A stretch of DNA of 53,306 nucleotides, counting the filler, from Catajapyx aquilonaris (lineage: Eukaryota): NCBI GenBank assembly GCA_000934665.2. It is 3 parts of 3 records of this genome, joined end to end, with 100 filler letters (N's around TTAATTAATTAA, not from the genome) between each part and the next. Parts side by side here need not be neighbours in the genome. Positions count along the whole stretch, not along the records: positions 1 to 17,730 come from KZ539611.1; 2 more parts are not named here. The stretch is one strand, 5' to 3'. The notes under the pieces are model-generated. The model did not search any database, was not told the origin of the DNA, and saw nothing but the letters and a program-made list of their open reading frames with translations. The position numbers were made by a program, and so were the translations under genes. Positions 1 through 11,900 of this stretch are shown here, one piece after another; the stretch's first letter is position 1; each line of letters begins with the position of its first letter.

Positions 1-298
1 ATCATTTACCTCCGACAGTCGTCACGCGGGCTTGTGGAACATCGATAGCCACGCAATATACGCTTATCAAATTTAACTTTAGAGATGAGGTTTGCGCGTA
101 ATAATTGCGTAATTATTTCGCGTGAATGGCTAAGTTGGTACCCCTGACGTTCTAGGGTATTGCAGCTGGAAGTTGCAGCCAGAATCACTCCGGTCCACTG
201 GAGGGACATCCGCCATTTTCCGCCATCAGCGCCGCCTGGCCAGGACACAGGTGTTAACCTACCGTCACCATACATGTAGGTGGGCTGTGTCAGGGGGC

Positions 299-2234
299 TG
301 GCGCCGCTGTACATGTTTTGTGACTCTCGCAACGACCTCCACTGCCTGCGTCGTCACTACTGTACTGTAGGCTACTCTCATGACCCCAAGCGCTATATGA
401 ATCCGGTAGCTTCGTCTATTGGCAGGGCCACCCAAGTCGGACAGGTTTTTGGGATAAGAGACGGAAGTTCCTCTCTTCTTTTTCCTGGATTCGTTTCTCT
501 CTCCATCTGGCCCACCTTTGAGCTTCTTATACATGGGTGTAGGCAGAATAATTTTCACGGGGGGCATTTCATAAGCACTATGTGAAGAAGCCGTAAAGGG
601 CGGGGAGGAAGGCCGCCGCAGGCGAGAATTGTTTGGGGTTCAAGGGCACACGAACTTAGGTGAATGTGGGAGGTTTGAATGGGTAATGTATACTTGAGAT
701 TTCCGCAAAATCGGGAGAACCCCTTTTTGATAATTGCCTACTATAAAAACATGTTAGTTGCAAGACGCGTACCGTAAATGTAGTCACCTCAGTTATCAAT
801 AAGATTGCTCCAAATTTGTTGCCTTAAATATTCATGCTACATATCGCGAGAATGCCTGATTCTAGCACTCTACATTGGTAATAAGAATTAATAAAACCGA
901 TTTTAAGGACATACTGAAAAGATAAGTTTCATAAAGTTAACTGAGACGAAATAGGTATTTATTATATTTACGTAGAGTGATAGAATCAGGCATTATCATG
1001 TGCAACATGAATATTTAACTCGACAAATTTGGAGTAATTTTATTCATAATTTAGGTGACTACATTTACGGTACGGATCTCACAACTAGCATGTTTTTATA
1101 TTAGGCAATTATCAAAAAGGGGTTCTCCCGATTTTGCGGAAATCTCAAGTATACATTACCCTGATCATTTTAAGTGCCATTCAAAAGAAATCGTAGGGGT
1201 CGAATATTGATCAGTATCAAAATCAAAAATTGGCCGTCATCTTTGATTAAAAGTTTTTTTATTCTTCCATTTTGAGTATGACCATCTCCTGTGGCATAAA
1301 AACACCTTCCGAATACACATATAAAATATAATATTGGACTGACCTTCTCCTAGTTATGGTCCTCCAAATGAGGTGACTACACTTACGGGACGCGTTTGAA
1401 ACCAAAAAAGTTATTATTGTCGGCAAATATCGAAAAAGGGTTCTTGAGATTTTTCGAAAATGTGGAGTAAACATTGCCCTTGTCATTTTAGGTGCCATTC
1501 AAAAGAAATCGTAGGGGTCGATTCACGACCAATATCAAAATCAATGTTTTGGGCGCCATATTTGATTTTAAATTTTTGGATTTTTCAATTTTGAGTATGG
1601 CCATCTCATAGAGCGTAGAATTACCCTTCGAATACACATATCAAATGTTAGATTTGACCTGACCTTCTGGGAGATATGGCCATCTTAGTGACAGCGAACG
1701 TATAAAAAATGGTCGAAAATTGGCATCTTTGACACCCTGTGGTTACGCAACCACGCAACGCAGAGGTATAATAATTTGGATTCCTGCATAGGTCGATGAG
1801 TAGTACATGTCACTAAATTTTAGTCAAGGTCCTCAAAGATTTGTCGGAAGGTGGCCCGCTTGACGTGGAATGCCTCTGTATATAGCCAGAGTTGCTGTGG
1901 CTTCGTCCTAATAAACCTAAACCAAACCTAAGCGAGTCAAAGAGTAGGAAGCCATGGTGAAAAGCAAGACAATGACATGTTAGATGTATCACAGGACTTT
2001 ACTAACAAAGCAGTGCTCTAAATGCCCGCCCTCCCTGCACACGGGTACCACCGAGAATCGACCCCGGCGAACATCTGTGATCCTACAGTAGAAATATTAG
2101 TTGGATATATATAGTCATGAAAAAATTTATTTGGTTTATTTTAAGTCGCTGATTTCAAATATTCCCTCAGAAATTAATGTGAAAATAAAGATGGTGGATC
2201 CAATATGGCCGTCAGTTGCGACTTTTCCATAAAG
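299..2234 (+). repeat. Left arm of a long inverted repeat (pieces ~299-530 and ~1879-2234, split by ~1.35 kb of later insertions)
   Basis: Collinear reverse-complement match to 16501-17490, e.g. ccggtagcttcgtctattggcagggccacccaagtcggacagg and cctaataaacctaaaccaaacctaagc. Confidence 0.9.
681..1876. mobile_element. Non-autonomous DNA transposon remnant with ~190-bp internal inverted repeat (681-873/970-1161) and ~310-bp tandem units; possibly Sola-like
   Basis: Inverted and tandem structure seen directly; right end ...tgacgtggaatgcctc; superfamily is a guess. Confidence 0.6.
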
Positions 2235-3863
2235 TAATGTGAAAACTTGCAAAATGAGAGGAACTAAAGGTTAATAATATTCGTAAAATGTTTTCATTTT
2301 ACTTCCTATCTGTGCCACAGCGCAGCGTGGACTATACGAAATATTACAAAAAACTCCACTTACAAATGAGGGGTGTGGTGGAAAAACATGATAACTAAGT
2401 AAACTAACAAAGGAGACTCAGGAGAGCGACCATCTGGGACGAGAGGCGTAACAAGCTACAAAAATAACTACTTCTGGCAATATCAGTTATAAATAAAACT
2501 ACCCACGAACTTGGAACACCCTGTATATGCAAACAGGCATACAAAAGTGGTTGGATGCTGTATCACCCTCCACCCTGCATCTCATGAAAGGATCCAGGAG
2601 GGGAAGGCACCCGTAAAATGCGTCGAAGGCGCCGAACGCGATCTACAAGCCGAACAGTCGTCACCGCATCGGCCATCATTTCTCATGTGTTGGGGTGAGT
2701 TAGAGACTCACTTCTACTCAGTTCCATGTTTAGTAGTTCCGTCCGTCCTAAGATAATAGTCAGAACCTCTAAACAGTGACTAATAGTGGCTAATAGAAGA
2801 GGAAAATTCGGCCCCTTATCTCCATGGACGGAAGAGTGATGTGAAAAGACCGTACAATGCGAGAACCAAAAGATTCGAGGAGACTGACGAGTTGAATGAC
2901 CGTTTCTGCCACTATTGGCCCTTAGTATCCAACTTCCTCTACTCATTGGCTGTCACCACTCATGGCAGGTTTATTGAGTAGGTGAGGAAGTCAATGATAC
3001 TGCACGTTGCATGGATTTGAAAAATACAAGCTTCTCTCCGGTTATTTCTATACTCAATTGTGGGGCTCTGGTCACAGGGAGCAGAGAGCAGGAGAGAGTG
3101 TGTTGGGCGGTTGGCAAAATTGCTCTGCTAACCGCTGGTATAGTTCTTCTCTCCTGCTGCTTCCTGAGAATAGAAATCCAGGAAAGAAATCAGCATTTTC
3201 CAGATCCATTCAAAATGCCGATGTACAGTACAGTCAGCATACGGTATTTCTGATGTTTAGTACGCTACTCTCAGGACCATTAAAATATCGCGTACAAATG
3301 TTACCAAACAGTTTTAACTTACACACATCACCAGTCGGCCACATATAACGCATAGTTTACAAACGTGCCCCATGAGCAGTCGGAGGAAAACCTTCCAGGA
3401 AATGTCACACTACATAACAGCCCCTTTTCTTTGGTAATGAGGCTGAAGAGATCAAGAAGTGTCACATTTACATAAAATGATTCTCAAGTGCTAGCGAGTT
3501 CATCCTACAAGTTTGTCGGAATCATTATGAAACACCCTGTGTGGAAAAATACTGTATGTAGTAGGTAACATTTTCTCCCAGATTATGTGATAGGGCTCCT
3601 ACATAATTATGTAATTTTGATCACTCTCATTATAACCAATTACCAAATAAATAATGGGACTTGTCCACATCATGGTATACGAGACGTCTCATTTGGCAGC
3701 CTGCGAACTCGTGGTTACACATGAATTATTTATGAATAAAATTGAAGAATTTAAATTAATATTCGCTCATGATGAAGGGAGTAGCTGAGTAGTATAGCCT
3801 ACGTCAGAAAGATTTAGGTTGGTACGGAGCATGGCCTTAGAATACTTAGGTCTGGTCACTCCC

Positions 3864-4123
3864 TCTTATCGCCTGACGGGGCGTTTTGCGGGCGGTGCTC
3901 ACTTGAGAGCGCCTTTCACTGACGTAATCACATGTGGTGACCCTACTGGACTGCGCTGAACTTAGGCATACGAGCATTACTCGTATGAGATTCTTAATTT
4001 TGACCGACTCTTCCCTTCTACCTAAGTTCAGCGCAGTCCGGTAGGGTCGCCACATGTGTTTACATCAGTGAAAGGCGCTCTCACGTGAGCACCTCCCGCA
4101 AAAAGCCCCGTCAAGCGATAAGA
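3864..4123. mobile_element. Foldback MITE with ~100-bp arms
   Basis: 3864-3966 is the reverse complement of 4021-4123 with a few mismatches. Confidence 0.75.
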
Positions 4124-4145
4124 ATATTAAGAACTGATTATAGGG

Positions 4146-4678
4146 CAGCGTTTCTCAACCTTTGCCACATCTGGCCCCCCGGAAAATAATTTCAAATATC
4201 TCGCCCCTCCCTTGCCCTCCCCCCCCCCCCNNNNNNNNNNNNCCCCCCCCCCAAACCCAACAAGCCCACCGTTGGCGAAATATTTTGGGTTCAAGGTCAC
4301 ACAAGCTTATGTGAATGTAATAATAACTGACAAAATATAGTGGAATCCTCCTATATACTGTAAGCACATCGGATATAAGCAAATAGAAAGGTCGGTCCCT
4401 TCATATTTCCAGTAGTGCCAATGTACAAGTGCAGTTGAATCCGGATATAACAGACTTGTCTGCTATTTTCTGACTGCACAAATCCTTATTCAGAACTGCA
4501 CTTTTGGCTTTTAGAACTGCACAAATTGTGTAGAACTGCACGCTACAGTAAGCCCTGAGAAGTAGTATTTGTTCTTATCTCAGCAGTGCGACTTTTGCGC
4601 CTGTTTTGAGTCACAGAATTTTTGGATTCCCCCCCCCCCCCCCAATGGGGGGCGCGCCCCACCGGTTGAGATCCGCTG
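4146..4678. mobile_element. hAT-type MITE
   Basis: TIRs cagcgtttctcaacc / ggttgagatccgctg; 8-bp TSD TTATAGGG on both sides. Confidence 0.88.
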
Positions 4679-6399
4679 TTATAGGGGAGTGTCCGGGGGC
4701 TGGTACGGACTAAAAAATGGTGCAGGACCTTGGAATAACATGCATAATTTTATTAGTGTAACCTGTGTATAGCGGAATCGAACGGGACCCCAAAATTTTC
4801 CGTTATGGACAAGTTTCCGCTATAACCAGATCAAGGACGTTACTAATTTTTTTATGCCCCCGAGAAAGAGAGGAACATGGAGAGAGCAAAAATAAGCACC
4901 TTACCTCAATAATATGGTGCAAAATCATAATTTTGCCTGCTCCGTTGGACCATCAGCCCTTGAACCGAGGACAACAACTTCCTCTTCCCCGACATTTATA
5001 CTGGACTGAACCGTGAACTAAAAGGCACATACGAGTCACATGAGTCACATCTTCTTGGCCCGTCCCTAAAGCCGTTTTTCGAGTTTTGCAACCAAAAATA
5101 AACCCCTTTCCTCACCCTTCACCTTCAAGGCCACAGGCCATAGCATTTCCAGAAATTACTAGACACACGTGGTCAAAAAAGGGTTACTCAGAGACCACCT
5201 GGAATTGCCGATAGTGAACCCGGCTGTAGTTTCCATTTTTGTGACTCGCAGGAGATAATGCGAACCTTTTGATTTCCGCTATGAACATGGATTTTCTCTG
5301 AAGGGAGCCAAAAATCCCTTCCGTTTCCTCGTTGGGCAGGTTCCGCTATATCCGCAGGTTCCGCATATGCCCGTTCCCGGAAAAAATTCCGTAATGGATA
5401 GGTTTCCACTATATCCAGGGTCCGTTATGGGCAGGTTTCACTGTATTAATAATTTAATGTTGTGTCCTGTCGCCTCAATTAGAATTTTTATCATTAGGTT
5501 GAAAGTTGAAACTATTCTGCGCAGATAGCCACAGCCACCCCCCTTGATTTTTTCCCCCTAAAGTCCACAGAAGGCCATTGAGCTTAATTATGCATCGCAT
5601 TTGCATTTTCATGAAGATTTTGCCCAGCATTGGTTCTTGCACGCTCCAGTGGCATGACTCAATCCCAATCAGAAGGCCTAATGAAATGGCGGAATCTAAT
5701 CAGCACACAATCTCTCAGAGCCGATCAAGTCAGGCCGAACCTATACCAGCTCCCAGAAAAAAATGGAAGTTCAATCAGAGGGTTGCCTGTATTGTGAGAG
5801 ACAATGAGAGCGAAACATCGGAAAGATCTATTTGATATATCAACAAAACAAAAAAATCCTAAAATGAGGTTTCATCTGCAGCTGGCCCATAATAAGTTAA
5901 TTATCCGGAAGACAGTGGTCCACATGAATCACAAGGCCTGCCATTAGGGGTTTGAACATCAGCACCTCCCCAGAATAACGCTGATGAGTGTTCCGGTTAG
6001 CCTTTCCAGCCGGCGACTGATACTCTTTGAAGCGAAAGGGCTTTCGACCCGTAGAATAATAATCAGCTCTTGGCAGCCTATTTGCGGCCGCACTAGGATC
6101 TTTAGTCGTTGGTTCCTACTGCATATTTAATGCAGACTTCTCAACCCGGCATGGAGTGCACTCAGGTCTCCGGGAACCCGGAACAACTGCGCCATCCAGC
6201 GGGCACTCTGCAGTGTGAGGAGGGCCTATGTACAGATAGATAGATGGCGGATGGAAAGAAGGGCCCAGGGGCGGACACACCCTCCATTAATATGAGGGCT
6301 GTATGGGAGTCCGGCAGCATCGGGTTATGTCGGGGGCCAAGCCAGGGTCTTTAATATTTCATGTCGGCCTATTCCCTTTCATTTCCCCATTTGTGTATC

Positions 6400-8881
6400 A
6401 TTCATAATTGACACGGTGCAAAATGTCTCTGTCTCGTACTGCTGGGGAAAAGGGCCTGCTGCCAGCTGTTGGCCGTTCATCCATCATGGACGAGGCTTGG
6501 AGCGAGCCAGCTCTCCAACGGGTTGCAAGGATCCTAAAGGGAATCCCGGATGGGAGGAAAGCAAGGGGAGAGCCTAGGGGGAGGGAGGGGGAGGAACTTG
6601 TGTATTCAAAACATCAGGGGAATCGATTTTTAATCGTGCTTTGCATTGGCACACCAATATGCTGAAAGGTACTAAATGTGCCCATGTTAGAATCCATTGA
6701 CCCTGGATTTGTAATCTGAATTAGTGCGTGGTGCAGGGCAGCATTCCTAATCGAATGATGAACGGTGTAATTGGCTCGAATAGCATCAACACTCAATGAC
6801 GTCATATTTTACTAATGGCACGAGGACAGAGAGAATATTGGAAACAAGCTGGCACGCGTTGTGGCAGTGGAGCCGAAGCAGCACACGAGCGGAATTTCAA
6901 ATGCATTCATTCCCCCGGTGTTCTATCAGGGAGCTTATTGCCCCGTTTTATTGGTTATGCAACCCGTGCTGAAAGCTTTGAGCGGGACCTCGACAAAGGG
7001 CTGCCCAGAATGTTTTTCCACGATTGACGACTCTAGTGTTGAGGGGTGGGTTGCTACGCGCACGTGATTCCCCGGGGGAGAAAAGTCCCTGAATGTTTCA
7101 TCGGTGAATGCTGCCGACATGCTTGTTGTCCTCTATTGTCCCCAAATAAATGGGGACCGGCTTGCGCCAGCATTTCTGCACCAAAATGCCACATCATTTG
7201 CTTTGATGTCTCCATTTTCTCCAAATTCACACCCTTACGGCCTCAAAATTATGTACACTGCTAATCAGACGCTCATGTTAATAGCCTATAATTGTGGAAC
7301 CCCCTGTTGGTAGCACATGGGAAACAAAACCTTTGCATCAGCACGATCTCAACACATATTTATCTTTTTGTCGCATTCGATCAGACTCCGCATGTTATTA
7401 TCCCCGATTGCAAAGCACGGCGTCTTCCAAGTGATTATCATTCCCGTCCCTGAGTCCCCTAGCCGCTTTTCCTCCTTCATTAACGCCTCTGATTCCCTCT
7501 CGTCTGCTGGCCAATCGGGCACGTAGCATCGCACTTTTTCACTAGGAATTTCCTATCGGGAACCCCTCCCATCTCCCTTCTCCTCCAGCAGCCAAAATGA
7601 TGGCTTCGGGGAGCCGCCGGAGCATGTCTTCCAGTTTTCGTTCAGGAGCCCAAGCAAGTTTCTGGTGGCGCCAGAGGAAGTGTTGGCAAGAGGGAGAGGA
7701 TCTGTCAAAGTGGATCGATGGCGGGTCATTTATTATTCGATTGCATTCGGTTCGGAAATCACCAGCCCCTAGGTTTGTTCTGCTAACAGAGCGTCAAAGG
7801 GCAGCATGAGAATGAAGTTCCTGGGAAACTTGAAATGAAAAGGGCAAACAGACATCCCCTGCCATACACTGGGTTCCCCCCGTTCCCCCCTACCTTTTTT
7901 GCCTATGAAGTCATCTGATAGGATGAAAAGTGTGCGGGAGTAGGATACGGAAACGATGGAAAAGAGGCTCCAGAGACGTTTGGAACAGTACAGTCAGGGT
8001 GCTAGGAAGGCAAACACAGGCTGCAGGTGGAATTTGCAAATATCCGTGGATCAGGGAGGCCGCAAGAGGGTCGCTTTGCTCTCAAGTGGAGCTGAAAATC
8101 GCAGTGCTCCTCCGGTTGCAGGGATTCATGGTCTCCTCGACGTTTGATTATGTCAAGAAGGGGCTCGTTTGCAAGGAATTGTGATGTTTATTTTGGGCCG
8201 GGATAGGGCAGGGGGGTAGAGGGGAGGCATAATGCATTAGAGCCGTGTTTTGGTGGTGCTCTCGCTTTCCAGTTTGCTCTTGGCGCCGCCTTTGTGCCTT
8301 GGCCCCCCCAAGCTTGCTTCTCTTTTCCTCTTCTCTCACGAGGGCTTTCTGTTTCCCAAAGAGCGGCCTGCTCTCTTCTAAGATAATTTGGGAGGCGGCT
8401 GCAGCGGCCATCGCACTTGGCTGCGCAGCACAACTCGCCCTAATTGCACACGCCATCAGGCTTGACTTGTGCGAAACTTTCAGCTGGCACCTCATAAACA
8501 TGCGACTCGGAACAGGTGCACTTTCGCACTTTTTTCACTAAATATGCACGCCATCGGTTTTAGCGCAGCCTGCGGACCACCGGGAAAAATCAACACGTCG
8601 TTGAGGTTAAGGAAACATGACCTCTGCAATAGTTTCTTGAGTGTTGTTACATGTCACTGAACACAGTGTTCTCGTACTTTGCATGTTTGGCCAGTGCGCT
8701 TCTCTTCATATGCTTTGGTAAAATAAAGCTAAGCTGCTTATTTTGAGCGTATACAGTATATTACTGCACATCTCCCCCGAAGAGAGTTGACTGGCAGCCA
8801 AGTGCAGAGTACAATGCACGGAAAATCCCCATGAGAGGGCTCCCAACAGAAAATTAAAAATAAAATCTGCAACGAGACCAA

Positions 8882-8954
<73 letters not shown>

Positions 8955-11900
8955 AAGACTAGGTGAATCTTCCATTACTATTTGAAATATTTTATCCAGT
9001 ATGAACTCAATTTTTTAAAACTTCGTGTTCCTCGAAGCACTTGGGCAGGGATTTCCTGTAATACGACGTATAGTATACCATAACTGGATGGTTAGATCAC
9101 ATTCAGTTTGGGTAGGTGGATTATACTGCTTTACAGGTTAATCTAGGCTACAATGAAGCGGCTGGTTCATAATAACCTTAACTATTATAATTATCTATCA
9201 GTTTCCGTACGGGATAGCACAGGGAGTACATCGATTGGCGGACGGTCCTCTAATCAGAGGCGTTGAGTGGCAAAATCATCCAGCTGGCAGATTACGCATA
9301 TGTGTCATGTAGGCCTGGGTTTTGAATACGAGACCTAGGGCTAATAAATGACAGGTTCCCGATGGATTATCATATGTCACTCAGCTCGTGACATGTTTCA
9401 CCGGCTTTTTGGTTTGGGATGCTGCCGGGGAAACTTGTTCCGAGCAAATTCTTTTGCTGACGTTAGGGGGCTTCGGCTGTAGCTTACTATATACGTTGCC
9501 CTGGGCCGTTACAAAACTTGTGAGTGATGGTTTCGATTCGCTGGTTACAAGATTCCGGAGCTGGGAATTTCCTGGTTTGTTGCTCACCTCGGGCTGAAAG
9601 AAGCCAGTCACTCTTGGGAATGCCGAACTTTGGCCCATTCCTAGTTTCCAGGGTTAAAGTTAAATGGTTGGACCTTGGCATTTAGGCGCCCCTGTATTGA
9701 TTGTAGAACTCATTTTACGGATCATTATTGTTATAGACGTGGACAAAGAAACGATTTTTTTTTCAAACAGAGTAACAGAAAATTACTTACATTAATTTTT
9801 TACGTGGATCAAGCCTTCCAGAAAAGTAGAGAAAATAACTAACTCCAATTTCCAGGAGATAAGTTCCGGGAGTCTTGAATCGAACTTTAGTAATTCATGA
9901 TGACAGGAGTACTGTAGAAAATCAAGAAATAGGTCATGTAGCAATTTATATTTTAAAGCATACTAGTAGCCTCTGACAGAAAACTAGATCCCATGAATCA
10001 TGAATCAGCCAGTCAGACTAGATAATTATACTTTCTGAATACGGCTCATCTTTTAAGCTTCCACTTAAAAATTACTTATGAATTCAGGCTCCAGTACTTT
10101 AAATACACTATAATATCAATAGCCCCATTTCCCAGGCTGTGCTTTTGCAGTTTATTTCTAGTCTGCTGTAATGGAATTCTACTGCAGGGGGTCTCAGCAT
10201 ATATATAGTTTCAGCTCTGGGGTCAAAACTGCAGCGTGTATCGTGAATGAGGCTTGGAACCTCTACCACAAACAGCGCAGAGTGAGTCAATAAATGTCAG
10301 CATAACAACCGTCGAGCGCTAATTTCAATTTCATCTGCGACGCAAACAGAGGTGAAGTCATTGAGGGAATTGGGGACCCCATCCACAAGTTATTTATTTA
10401 TGTATTTTTGGTGTCAGTTGGTGAGGGTAGAAACCACCCCATTCAGGCCCCGTAATGAAATTGGGGTGGGGGTGAAAGGTTTCATCTTTTTTTGGAAGCT
10501 GGTGAGGGAGGACACATGTGATATTCAACGTGTATGCGCCAAATATCCGCACTATGTGCAAATAAGGATCCGGTCATCTGTTAACACTCTGCTCATGTCT
10601 TGCGTACAAAAGTTTCGGCGGGGGAATCGAGGCACGAAATAGGAGAAGAGGCCATTTTTCTTGAGCCTTCTTGAAAGGTTCATATCTGGAAGCAGCGAGC
10701 GTGGATTTCTGCTTCCATGCACTGCTGCCTCGGACCCGCCAGGAAAATGAACAAGTTTCTCACTCACACATTTTCTGTACACGTTCTGCAACCAGGTCCT
10801 GGTCAAGCTTCCATATTGCCAAGGACCTCAGAATTCTAAAATTAAAATGCTCCGGCCCACGTGGACACATTGCGCAGTGATTACGTGATAAAACCGGTTG
10901 CGAACCTGATCTACACAAGAGCCAATTGTTTCCGTGGCAAGATGGAGTCGGTTATTGTCAGCCTAAAAGAGCTTCTCTAGGGTGCGTTTCAGATAAAATA
11001 GGCAGCAGAGCGGGTAGGTCCATGCAAACACATTGTGCTAAATCTGGCGTGCTTGCTACCATGCATTTTGGTAGTCCATGGAAACGCATTGTAGCATACG
11101 CAAGTTGGACCATTGTGCGGGTGTTTGCCATAGCGCACACCGCATCTGTCGCCTTATGAAAAGTAAGGTTGTTCCTAGGGTTGACAGCATTTGTTCTTTA
11201 TTCTCTCATCCTGGCATCAATCACCACTTTTGACATGGGCTGAGTGATGAGGGCTCCTTGATTCACGGCGGGGGTGCCTCATCCATATTGCACAGGCCAC
11301 GAGTCTATGTTTACAATGCCCTCTGATGGATTACAACGTAGTATGTAGTGAGCACAGGGGAGAAAAGTGTACCCCGTGCAAATACGGAGAAAAGCTCGAA
11401 GAACAATAAAGGAGATGCCCCAGGTGTGCCGATTAATGTTTAATGTCCAGAGTGATTTGGAATTTTTAAAAATATTACCTCCATCGCAAGGGGTACTCGA
11501 TGGGTGTCTCAGATTAGGTGAAATAGTGCTAGTTTTCTTTTGTTCTTTGGCGTGAGTGGAACTCGTGTTTTTCCATTCGGAATTATTTCCTGATATCGCG
11601 TATCTCGAAAAGAGGCCGTCAACTTTTCGAGAAATACTGCTGCCGCTTCCTATTTTCTTTGGCCCATAAGTTAGGTCCCAGTGACGCCGTCTTATCGCGA
11701 CCGGAAAACTGGCATTAAATTGGCGCGTTGGCCAACTCGGACCGGGGGAAATAGTACACAATCACATTGAGCAGAAATCATACATAATATCGATTGTCCT
11801 GCTCTGCTCTCCCTCGATTTGGCCCAAAAACTTTATCGCTGACCAAAACCAGCTTTCAATATCAAAACCCAAAGCCCGACATGGCGTTATGAATATGACC

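Noticed and set aside
3070..3170. Possible minus-strand terminal exon (SSRREELYQRLAEQFCQPP...)
   Set aside because: Has an acceptor-like AG but no recognisable homology or partner exon.
4210..4252. Poly-C/G runs with short N stretches (also near 15320, 16360, 22560, 32820)
   Set aside because: Likely sequencing dropout at homopolymers; run lengths are unreliable.
5980..6060. Hammerhead-like words (ctgatga ... cgaaa gggc tttc gaccc gta)
   Set aside because: Could not build consistent stems I and II around a complete core; an Infernal search would be needed.
8706..8975. Poly-N and poly-I ORFs
   Set aside because: Translations of the (ATT)n microsatellite.
11850..11885. Minus-strand RALGFDIESW resembling the family-B DNA polymerase ExoI motif
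   Set aside because: No properly spaced ExoII/ExoIII or polymerase motifs (DxxSLYP, YGDTDS) found, so not called as a polymerase.
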